A DNA stretch of 63,988 nucleotides, the filler included, from Gonapodya sp. JEL0774 (lineage: Eukaryota): the NCBI GenBank assembly GCA_027604505.1. It is 8 parts of 8 records of this genome, joined end to end, with 100 filler letters (N's around TTAATTAATTAA, not from the genome) between each part and the next. Parts side by side here need not be neighbours in the genome. Positions count along the whole stretch, not along the records: positions 8,216 to 16,330 come from JADIIX010000472.1; positions 16,431 to 24,508 come from JADIIX010000473.1; 6 more parts are not named here. One strand, written 5' to 3'. The position numbers were made by a program, and so were the translations under genes. The notes beneath the pieces are model-generated. The model saw nothing but the letters and a program-made list of their open reading frames with translations, searched no databases and was not told the DNA's origin. How positions within the stretch are numbered: the first letter of the stretch is position 1; each line of letters begins with the position of its first letter. Of the stretch, positions 11,285-22,047 are shown piece after piece.

Positions 11285-12638
11285 ATGCCTGATGGCTCAG
11301 CGCTCTCGGAAGTCTCATTTGATGAGCCCTGGTCTCTTGAATTTGAGATCCTGCGCTTCTTGCACTTTGCACTCTCCTGCCTGGGATTATTGGCTCTGGC
11401 CGTCTTACTTCCAAACTTTATTCGCGTAAAGGTGTGAATATTCTTTCAGTTATTCAAGCTGTCATTCCTGGATCGGGAAGTTCATCTGATTCTCGAACCC
11501 AATGTGCCGCTGGGCCTCTGCAGGATTTTGGAAGGGCGATCAATGTAATATACGTCAGTCTCTTTGCCGGAAACACCTTGGCGCTTGTCGGCATTGTTGG
11601 AGGATTCACAGCTCGACGAATCACTGGATCTTCTCAGCTGCCCTGGATTGGCTGCCTGTTGGAAGGATCCATCGTGTACCTTGGGAATACTGTCACCCTG
11701 GCTGCTGTGGCGCAAATTGGTGAGTCTCCTCTATGTTATCCATCTAGTAAGTCAGTCTTCAACTGACCTGGATGCTATACACTTTTGGTCTGCTTACTGG
11801 TAAAATGACTAGCATGGGAACGTTACTACATCGTTGCTCACCATGTCAGTCACTCGCTCACCACCCACAAAGTCATTCTTGCTATCGCTTGGATGTACAG
11901 CACCATATTGCTTGCCCTGAGTGCATTGCTTGGAGGAAACTTGGCCGACCATGATCCCGGGAACGTTGTGAGTACCTAGTCACATCGCCACTCGAAAACC
12001 TCGCTGATTCGTTTGAGGAATCTTTCTGTGCTGCGCAGATTTGTTCTCCCATATGGCACTCTCGCGACCCGCCACAAATTGTTCTCACGGTTCTGAATGG
12101 TGGCCTTTATGCAGGCGGGTGCACTTTATCTGTCGCTTTTGCATATACCTCAATATGTCGTCAAGTTCTTCTGGTGCGATTAGAATTGAACTCTATTGCG
12201 GATTCTTCAACGCATGAAGATGGACCTGTGCGAAGGAGATCCTCTTTCAAAGTGAATTCTGCCGATGTCAAGTTGGCGGCAACATCCTTTACAGTTGCTG
12301 CCATATATCTGACATTATATGCACCATTTGTGGCTGGTGTTATTTTGCGCGGATTGCTTTCAGGAGAGCCGCCGAGCTCTCCCTTCCTGGCAGTCAGTTT
12401 GCAGTTAGTCGCACTGGTACACCTGTGCTTTGATATCGCGATCGTTACATGGCTAGATCCTGCACTATGCAAAGGATTTTTGGCAATGATCTATTGGAGC
12501 AAGAATGACTCGCAGAGTGCATTCAAAGGAAATCCTTTGGTGAATGTTTCACAGACAAAATCTGACAGCCGAAAAAGGGAGCCTTCAATTCCAACGCCAG
12601 CAATAATTCAAGCTTCCCAAACTGCTGACGATCTTTAA
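11285..12638 (+). CDS. Class A (rhodopsin-family) GPCR, paralog 1; multi-exon
   Basis: Seven hydrophobic segments; TM3 GCLLEGSIVYLGNTVTLAAVAQI|AWERYYIV (ERY motif); TM6 IYLTLYAPF; TM7/H8 HLCFDIAIVTWLDPAL. Confidence 0.8.
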
Positions 12639-12841
12639 AATCTATTGTTCTTTGTGGATACTTGCAAATAGAATTAAGCACCTTCAAGTATACAACAAAC
12701 TAACACAATTGCCCGAAATGCAATTGTCCCTTCTTTTCGCGGGGCAGGTCGCGAGGCAGGTCCGTAGGCGAAGGTTTATATTTGCGAAGGGTGGGTCAAA
12801 TCAACGCACACAGTTACGAAATAAGACATCACCAAGACGTC

Positions 12842-14244
12842 ATGACCGATTGCTCGCAAAGTCCCCAAGAGATCCCAGCCACCGCCTCACCGTGGACCCT
12901 CGAGTTTGGGATTTTGAGTGCTCTGCACTTCGGACTATGTTGCTTGGGTTTAGGAGCGCTGGCAATCTTAATACCCAACTTTGTTCGAGTAAAGGTTTGT
13001 CCTTCTTTCCTGCTGGGATTGATTTATCTGGCCCTTGGCAGACTCTGTCAATCAGAAAAGTCTCATCACTCATGGGTGATCGATCATGGTTTTCAACATA
13101 CACACAAACCCCGATCAGAATCTCCGAAAACCGATCAACATGGTATACATGAGCCTATTCACTGGAAATTTTTTGTTTCTTGTTGCTGTACTGGCAGGAC
13201 TTGCTGCCCGAAAGTGGACGGAATCCACGCACTTGTCCTGGTTTGGGTGTCAGTTGGAAGGTTCGGTGATTTACATCGGGAATACTGTCACCGTGGCGGC
13301 GTTTGCGCATATTGGTGAGTTCTATTGGGTCGAATGGTGGCTTTCATCTGTTTGAGCATCCCATCGGCGATTAGCGTGGGAACGATATTTTATTGTTGTC
13401 CGGCGAGTCAGTCACTCGCCACATGCACACATTATATCTATAGCCATTTCTTGGTGGTATACGACTGCGTTGACCACGGTTTTTGCAGTGATGGGAGGGC
13501 AAATTCAACATCCTGGGACCCTCGTGAGTTCACGTTCTTCAAGCGTGGGAACGGTTGGGAAAAACATCGAGTGCGACCACAAATTACGTAATCCGATGTT
13601 CTTTTGTGGAATCACAGAATTGCACTGGGAACTGGATCTCGCGTAGTCCAGGACTGTTGACGCTAACAGTTCTGAACGGGGGTCTTTATGGCGTCGCGTG
13701 CACGCTGTCCGTGGCATTTGCATACACTGCAATAAGTCGTCAGGCCCTCGTTGTGGAAGTCGGATTGAACTCGTCCATCAACACGTGTGGCTCAGCAAAT
13801 CTCAGTCGTAGGCGATCATCAACCGCTTCATTCAAACTGAAGCGAGGTGATGCCAAGCTGGCAATCACATGCTTTGCAGTTGCTGCTGTGTACTTGGTGC
13901 TCTACGGACCCTACGCCGTGGGACTGATTCCGTTCGAGGTAACTTCAGGAAAGCATCCTGCCTTGCCTTTTCTTGAAGTCGGTTTACAACTGCTGGTGCT
14001 CGCGCACGTGAGCGTCAACATAATCACCATTACATGGCTTGATCCGGCACTTAATGCGGGATTTCGTGCTTTGGTCAATGGGAAACTGGTACACCCCGAG
14101 GAGCTACAGACGTCCGGCGGAGAACTGGGAACACTCAGAGTGTCAGAGCATGGAGCAGGCAAAATGACGCTTGCGAAACGAATGTCGTTGCAAATTCACT
14201 CAGCTCAATCCGATATCCATGATGATGCGTCAGAGATGTATTAA
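12842..14244 (+). CDS. Class A (rhodopsin-family) GPCR, paralog 2; multi-exon
   Basis: ICL1 NLRKPINMVYMSL; TM3 GCQLEGSVIYIGNTVTVAAFAHI|AWERYFIV; ECL2 ESQNCTGNW; TM6 VYLVLYGPYA; TM7 HVSVNIITITWLDPAL. The first two introns match paralog 1 positions. Confidence 0.8.
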
Positions 14245-14426
14245 GTTGATAGAGACTGAGACTTGCATCAAGATATTCAAAGCTAACCATACCATGTAAT
14301 AGCATACATTTCTAGCACATCATCATCAGAATTCATACAGAGAAATATTGTGTCGTGCTAGACATAAGGCGCGTTCAATGCATAATGCTGTTTACAGATG
14401 AGTCAGAAAGGGTTTAACCGTTTGAC

Positions 14427-14477
14427 CGAAGCAACTCGAAACTTCGCGAAACAACCATCTAAGCCCGGGTATATATA
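14427..14477 (+). promoter_or_regulatory. Heat-shock element plus TATA box upstream of HSP104
   Basis: cGAAa-cTTCg-cGAAa at 14437-14451 is a perfect 3-unit HSE, with an in-phase GAA at 14428-14430 and TATATATA at 14470-14477. The ATG is at 14617. Confidence 0.8.
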
Positions 14478-14616
14478 CACATGCATATCGGAACAGAAAC
14501 CGATCATTTGATTTCAACTAAGAATTACTTTATCGTGGATACCCGATTTCCCAAACCCGCCAGTTACTCTGATCACCTACCATCCGACATCCGTTCCACT
14601 TTGAATTATATTCACC

Positions 14617-16330
14617 ATGTCTCTGAACCCCGACAACTTCACGGACCGAACAAACACTCTTCTCTCTGGTGCTCGCGATGCTGCATTGGAAAATCGACAC
14701 GCCCAGCTTTCTCCGGTTCACCTCGCCTACGCTCTTGCGAACGATGATGATCGCTTTCTGCCCAGTTTGATTCAAAAAGCCGGCGGCGACCCACAACTGG
14801 CATTGAGAGAGATCAACAAACTTCTTGTCCGTTTACCGAGTCAAGATCCGCCCCCAGACGAAGTCTCCATGGCACCCTCCACGGCTCGTGTGCTGAGATC
14901 CGCCGTCGATGCCCAGAAGAAACAAAAGGTGAGCATCGAGTACAGTCATTTTGGACACTCGTGCCAGTGTTCTTTTCTTGGGGCGATCATTACTGATACT
15001 GGTACTACTTCGTCTGTTAGGATACTCACCTGGCTATCGACCACATCATTCTTGCTCTCGCGTCGACGCCAGAGTTCCAGCAAGTGCTGAAAGCAGCAGG
15101 CACAACGCCCCAGCAACTGGAGGAGGCAATCAAGCAAACTCGAGGAAATCGCAAGGTTGAGTCAAAGAGCGCCGAAGGCACATATGACGCATTGAGCAAG
15201 TACGCTATCGATTTCACCAAAATGGCGGAGGAAGGGAAACTTGATCCGGTGATTGGCCGAGACGAAGGTGAGCATATCTTGCATTGGTTACTCTGTCGTT
15301 TCATTACGTTGTACCGCTGCTGACATGAATCCTTGTCATCGCGGCAATGTTCCAGAAATCCGCCGTGTTATTCGAGTGCTCGCCCGTCGCACTAAAAATA
15401 ATCCAGGTTAGTCGAAGCGATGAATGTGTAACAATCAAGTTCTTATCTCAATTCTATTTTTTGCGTTGTGACAGTCCTTGTCGGCGAGCCTGGCGTCGGA
15501 AAAACCGCCATCGTCGAAGGTCTCGCTCAGCGTATCGTGGCCGGCGACGTACCTCAGAACCTGCGCACTCGCCTCTGGAGTCTTGACATGGGAGCACTTG
15601 TTGCTGGTGCAAAATACCGAGGAGAATTCGAGGAACGGCTCAAGGCGTTGCTGAAGGAGGTGGTGGACGCCCACGGAGGTATAATTCTCTTCATCGATGA
15701 GATGCATCTCGTGCTGGGTGCCGGTAAAGCTGAAGGCAGCATGGACGCAGCCAATTTACTCAAGCCGCTGCTTGCCCGCGGAGAACTGAGGACCATCGGA
15801 GCGACAACACTGGATGAGTATCGAAAGTACGTGGAGAAGGACGCGGCTTTCGAGAGACGGTTCCAACAAGGTATGCTGTCACCATTGCAATGAGTGAGCG
15901 TGATCAATATGTTAATCGTCCCATCCTCCTAGTCTTTGTTGGCGAACCATCCGTCCACGACACCATTTCCATCCTACGTGGGCTTAAAGACCGATACGAA
16001 AATCACCATGGAGTCCGAATCGCGGATGGTGCATTGGTGTCTGCAGCCCAGCTTGCGGCTCGGTACATTACGAACCGACGATTGCCGGACAAGGCAATTG
16101 ATTTGGTAGATGAAGCGTGTGCGAATGTGAGGGTACAATTGGACTCGCAGCCGGAGGAGATCGATGATCTGGAGAGGAAGAAGTTGCAGCTTGAGGTTGA
16201 GGAAACTGGTAAGTAACGCTCCCCTTTTTGCTGGGATTCTGATATTTCTCCCCGTGATGCAAACTCACGCGAACATTTCACACCTCCCAGCGCTTGCGAA
16301 AGAGAAAGACCAAGCCTCCAAGGAACGTCT
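14617..16330 (+). CDS. HSP104: Hsp104/ClpB AAA+ disaggregase; multi-exon, 3' truncated by contig end
   Basis: Clp N-domain; [27 protein letters not shown]; Walker A GEPGVGKT; Walker [60 protein letters not shown]. Confidence 0.97.
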
Positions 16331-16430
16331 NNNNNNNNNNNNNNNNNNNNNNNNNNNNNNNNNNNNNNNNNNNNTTAATTAATTAANNNNNNNNNNNNNN
16401 NNNNNNNNNNNNNNNNNNNNNNNNNNNNNN

Positions 16431-16757
16431 CCCCAGCGCGGGTGCAAGGAGACCCGGCAGCAGGTCATGATATCTGATCTGATGGAACGGTCGGATCGGA
16501 TGGCACTCGGGATTGGAAGGAACGGTGGTGGTGGTGGGACAGGGGATGACCTGCCCCTACCTCTTCCCCACCTCGCAAAGACCATTCCTTCCCACTCAAT
16601 CGCCGAGCAGCTCGAGGCCATCGCACACGGTGGAGGTCTGGGACTGCCCGAGAAGAGAACGACGAAGTCGCGGTCGGTCCCGATTGCGATGCGGAAGTTT
16701 GGTCAGCGGGGGAAGCAGGGCGGGGCGGAGAGGATGGGCATGGAAGTGCAGGTTTAG
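16431..16757 (+). CDS. 3' end of an unidentified low-complexity protein
   Basis: GC-rich open frame from the contig start to TAG at 16755-16757, followed by AT-rich sequence. Confidence 0.4.
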   Translation, partial: PQRGCKETRQQVMISDLMERSDRMALGIGRNGGGGGTGDDLPLPLPHLAKTIPSHSIAEQLEAIAHGGGLGLPEKRTTKSRSVPIAMRKFGQRGKQGGAERMGMEVQV

Positions 16758-17045
16758 TGAGGGGTTTTGCATGGTTTTAGAGTCGTGATCTATGTGATCG
16801 CAAATCGCAAAACGTGTTGCGCCGGTTCCCGAAGATCAGAATTAGTCGTGAAAATCTGCACGAGGGGACTTCAAAGAGTTCGGTAGCGAGCTCTCCAATA
16901 ATATTCTTTTTGATTAAAAAATACCATATCTCATAATTTTGAATTCATGGTTATTTTGAACTGTCCATTGGGTGTCCACGTCCTCTGCCCCCCCCTTGAA
17001 TCATCCCGCCACCTAAAAAGAAGTCGTCAAAGAAAGCACTCGGAG

Positions 17046-20000
17046 ATGAACACCGACGCAATCATGAGGAGTTGCGTGGTAATATCGCGCCTTTGAATCT
17101 TCCTGGGCGAACATTCGTTAATTGTCCCAGCGTTTCCCACAGCCGATGACGAGGCCGTCAAATCGTACGGACCCAAATTACTCAAAACTCCTCAAAATCA
17201 ACGTTGAGTTTCCAATCAAGCTCGGCGTCATCGTTTTCGGAGCTCCGTTTGGTGGCAAGACGACCGCGTTGAAGGCCGTGCAAGCCAAGCTCACTGGGAC
17301 GGAGGACATCGCGTTCTTTTACTATGGTGAGGAGCTCCGGGCACTGGGAAACTCGCGAGCAGACGCAGCAAAGGAGTCGCAGGTCGATCAGAAACAGCAG
17401 TCCTTACTCGAAAGCGATCGTGCAGTGGTGGTCATTGATGGGGTGAAAACTCTGAAACAGTTGACATCGACACTTCAAGCTTTCGAGAAGAGCCAAAGAT
17501 CAGCGCTTGCGATCCATATCAAGTTGGACAGAATGGCAGATGCGCTGAACCGCTTGCAGTCAATACAAGGCCCACCTGCCGCTCAAAGTCGCGGTCACCG
17601 TGGAGGTTACTCCAGAATTGCAGATCGAAAGGAGACAAAATACGAGCTGGAATCAAGATGGAGATCTTGGTCTCGGGAATCTCCGAATATTCTGGCTATC
17701 TTGAGGGATTCGGAGATTCTGTTGGAGTTGGATAGTAATCGTTCTACCCCGGGAACTAGTTCCCTCGAGGAATTGCAAAGGTTGCTCTACAGGGAGGTAC
17801 ATTGGTTACCGAAGAGCACTTCACCAATCGGCTTTACGCACTCAGATGTAGGAAAGGCTATTTCGGCGCAAGCGAGGTCCCTCCTTCGTGTGGATTCATT
17901 TGCACTTTGGTCTCCTTCTCGAGTTTTGCTGAATGACAGGGACTTGAAGGTAAACACAAACGATTGTTCCTCTTACCATTGCAACTCTCACCTGCCAAAT
18001 AGTGGCTTATGCAACCAGGGAGCTACCATTTCTACCGGGCGTTCTCTGGTAATCCGGGATTCCTTTTCGTCACGAAGGAGGTTGCACTGTTTGGTGTCAA
18101 CTCACAGCAAGGTGTTTGGACCGCATTTCGCACTCCCACAATAGTTCCGGATGAGACAATTCTGGCGGGCACTTTGGTGACAACCCCTAATGGCAAGAAG
18201 CTTTTCGTGTGTGATGACATCGTTCTATGTGATGGCAAGATCACCTGGCACCTTCAACTCCCCCAGCGAGCTGGGATTCTTGAACGAGTTGTTTCAGATA
18301 TGGTGAACGCCTTGATGTGGAGTGAGACAAGAAATGAGGACTTTGGAGTAGTCAGAGTTTGCAGGACTTCAATCCAATCGGTTTTGCGAGACTCGCTCGA
18401 ATGTGCGATAACACAGGAGGACATTCGGCCCTACAGCAACGGCTTTCACTTCAAAATGTCCTCGTCATATTATAATTTTGGAACTGATGATATGGGCTTT
18501 CTGTGGTCTCCTGAACAGAACGGTCTGTTTGTGGTTGGGATGCGTTCGCACCTTCAAGGATACTCGGGTCGAATCACTACAAGTTCACTTCTTACCTTAG
18601 AAGATTGGCAAGCTGCTGATTTTGACAGTTTTGGGCAGCGCGTCATATCCAACTGTGTTTCATTGGATTTACGGTTACCAACCTTCCCAACCAGTTGGAG
18701 AGACAACTTAAACAGCCCTCGGAGCCTTTATCTGGTAGATGTGGGCACTTTAGTTTCACGGCCAAAAGTCTCCTCCAAATATGTTTCTCGGGCGGGTTCA
18801 AGCTCGAATGCACAAAGTGCCATTTGGAAACCATTTGAATCAAAGCCAATTTGCACAGCTTTGATGAAACAGATAGCTCAAGCCCGTGAGCAACCTTTCT
18901 CTGAAGTTGAATTTTTGGTAAAGCTTGGTCTTGCTGAAAAGAAGCTAAACGGTAAGCGGATCACTGGAGCTCATCATTGTAGGTAGTGCCCCAAGTTTGA
19001 GATCAAGTTCGTTCCACTGTTACTGCAGCATCAAGCTCCTATCGTTCAAAAGGCGAACCGCATCCCAGTGTTGGGCGAGAGTTTGACTCAATCTACAAAG
19101 AGGCCATGGACCTTGAAGCTGCCGGGCTTGTGGAAAGAACTTGCGATGAAGAAACAGGGCTGGAGATCTTCAACTACCGGCAGTTGGCACCGAGAACAAG
19201 CTCCATCTCTTTGTATCGTGGCCTTGTTCTCCACCCCGCCGAGAAACGGGTCATCACCCACCCCTTTGTCAGATTCTTCGAGTCTAACCACACAACAGCC
19301 TTCGGCAATGATGACAGTCATAACAGTGTTCTTGAGCAACCTACCTCGACAGAATCCGAAGGCTCGAGTGCCCAGGTAGAGGCAACATCCAAGGTAGACG
19401 GCAGTTTGGTGATTGTGTTCAAGTTTCGTGGTAAAATACTCACTTCGACCCGCCGGAGGATGAACTCTGAGCAAGCTCTTGCCGCAAAATCATGGATATA
19501 TTCCCACTGCTCAATTGCAGCTTTTCAAGAAGCAAAGACGTATCTTTTTGAACTTGTCGGCGGCAACAATCAGCTTGTGGTGCAGTATCCATTCGAAGGT
19601 CTTGTTCTTTTGGCTGTTGTGGACGAAAATGGATTGGAATGGGATCGTGGTCGTCTTGTGTCGCTGGCCAGCGCACTACAAGTTCCTGTCACACCAATGC
19701 TCAAAGGTCCTCTCTCTGCGTTTCGGGAAGATCAGGCAATGCACTCCGAAAGCCTAACAAAAGGTGCCACTCCTGTCCGAGAAGGTTGGGTCATTAAGTT
19801 TGGAAATGGGTTGCGAGAGAAACTTGTTTATGACGATTGGAAGGAGGCGTGGTTTCTTGGTCGGAAAGCCTCGCCGTTGGAAGTATGGAAGAAGCTCCGA
19901 ACAGGCAAGTTTGACGATTGGCTAGGAACGCTCCCACTCTTCGTTGCCCAAGAAGCGCTGGAACAAGCATGGGCATTAATGATCAGGTTCCGCAAGGTCA

Positions 20001-20605
20001 TTAAGATTTTGGATGCGGAGATTCCTGACGCGGTAAATCTTTCACCAGAAGATAAACTCGCGTTTTCAGATACTGCAGAGATGGAATTGGAAAATCTTGG
20101 ATTGATCAATGTTGCGCATAAGCTTTTCCCTTTGGGGCGAGCAGGTCCCAATCATGTCAAGGAGATGATAGCTGGAAGTAATACGATCCAGCATTTCCCT
20201 TCGTGCCCTTTATGTGGCTCTGTCATGGACTCAATCCGACCTGATAGTCAGAGTATTCCTGGTTATTCACCATCTCCGAGCTTCAAACAGAACTGGTCAA
20301 AGGGATGGCAAAGTGAGGTGGTACAAATTTCCAGTCAGCCCAAGTCTTTGCCTTTGGAAATTATTATTCGTTGTATGGAGTATCTCCCTGTGCCTGTGCT
20401 TTTGCATACGAGGACTGTTTGTCGGTGGTGGGAGGTGGCATCACAGGAACCCTCTCTTCAGGTGGCAGTGACATCCTTCAAGATAGAGATACTCCGTCGA
20501 CAAGAGGCTATCGCATACTCTCCATCCTACAAGAATTACAACAGATCACCTTCTCCACCAGATTTTAGCAGAAGGTCATATAGATGTGGGTATGGAAGTG
20601 GCTGA
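17046..20605 (+). CDS. Multidomain protein: adenylate-kinase-like P-loop + degenerate mRNA-capping GTase-like domain + T4 Rnl1-type RNA ligase + C-terminal F-box (~1,125 aa)
   Basis: ORFs 17122, 18009 and 19106 join in frame through introns 17950-18002 (phase 0) and 18952-19028 (phase 1); probable first intron 17079-17130. Motifs: GAPFGGKTT and VVIDG; TILAGTLV, FVCDDIV, SNGFHF..GFLWSP; EIFNY, YRGLVL, KVDGS, TYLFEL, EGWVI, EKL; LPLEIIIRCMEYL..VCRWW. Confidence 0.85.
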
Positions 20606-22047
20606 CCTGCTCCAACGTACTCAAGATACTCAGGAGTTGGGAGTTGTCGTTGTTGGTGCTGTCGAAACTTTGATGATTGACAGATAGAGAGCTTTCGGTG
20701 AAAACTGGGACAATTTTCAAATTCTCTTTTGGTTTGAGCTTTGATCGTGGAGGATGAAGGTGTTTGCCCCGCCGTGGCAGAAAGGACATGAGCTCCATTT
20801 GCACTTTTCACGAATATACATTGTACGGGTCTGAGGAACAGATTCGGTGCAGAAACATATGTACTACAGTGGACGGTCACCTGGAAACTCCCAAAGTTCC
20901 CCAATACCACCTTCCTCTCCGGCAACCGACCGCCATGCCAATTCTCGAACCGCGTAAGTTAGCGATGAGCATCAAAGGAAATGTTCCTGTTCTCACGCTC
21001 AAGTTCGCGTTTCAGGCATGTACTTGCCTCTCCCTTGACGGGCGGGATATCGGAGCGTTCGCACACGACAAAGGACGTTCGAGTCCGGACTCTGTCGCGC
21101 TCCTTCGTTCCGATGGTTCTCCCACATCCCAGATGGGGGTTGGTTTCGGCCAGGATTACTCGTACGGTTCGTTTAGTCCCTCGGTGAGAACTCGCAAGGC
21201 AATGCCCGCGCGAAGAGGAGGATTCGGCGAAATAAATGAAAATACAATGAATATTCGGGATATGGGTGGATTAGAAGGGCGATGCTGAATGAGCTGGAGT
21301 TCGGGATGGAGGACGGGAAATCCCAGGGTGGGACGTGTGGACGCGCTATGCAATGGGAGGAGCGGTGCTACGAGACGCTGGAAAAACTCAATGAAAGATG
21401 TTGGAGGACTACGGGAGATGGATTGGGGAAGTGTCGTATCTTGTTATGGGGACCGTATAATGGGTTGGTGCCTGTGTTACCTTTTGAGCTTTCAACTCAT
21501 CTTCTCATACCATGCATTCCGTCTCCGTGCCTTTTTCCTTACAGTGAACACCTCCTCGCGGTGGTCCCCGGACAACGGTGCAGGTTCTCCTGCAACGGCC
21601 AACGTTCACCGAAGGTTTGTCGCAAGAGTTTATTTGAGAGTTCTGTCAGAGGGGCTAGGTTACATAGAGTCTTTTGTAAAGCACAATATCACAGATTTTT
21701 TGTCGGAATTTCAGTAAAGAATGCTTCCGTCAATGTGAAACAGTATCGTCAGGAGGATGCTTGACGTCTCCGTCAGGCACCCGGCTTGAAATCAATCGGT
21801 CAACGTGTTCCGACTGAACGGGGGAAAGCAGAATGATATTACAAACGGGGGGAATAAAGCTTGTGGTACAAAGAGAAAAAAGAAAATGGAGAATGTAGCT
21901 AACGTAATCGGTATCATAAAGATTCAATCAATATGACCAATACCAGAAATATCGCCAAATGGAAGCATTTCAATAATGCAGGGGTTGCGTGGGTGTCAAA
22001 TACTCTCCACAGAGCCAAGCAAGCGCCTTCTCAGCAATTAAAAGCAC

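Noticed and set aside
11285..14244. Calling the GPCR pair light-sensing opsins
   Set aside because: No Lys at the K296-equivalent TM7 position in either copy.
5895..20605. Functional linkage between tRNA-Lys(UUU), the classic PrrC/T4 Rnl1 substrate, and the RNA ligase gene
   Set aside because: They lie on different contigs separated by two spacers; the adjacency comes from length sorting.
17046..20605. Annotating the ligase fusion as fungal tRNA ligase Trl1
   Set aside because: The kinase-like domain precedes the ligase, no 2H CPDase HxT motifs were seen, and it carries GTase-like and F-box domains.
20764..21764. ORFs of 140-175 aa downstream of the ligase gene as additional system components
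   Set aside because: No recognisable motifs, overlapping frames with non-ATG starts and no consistent splice model.
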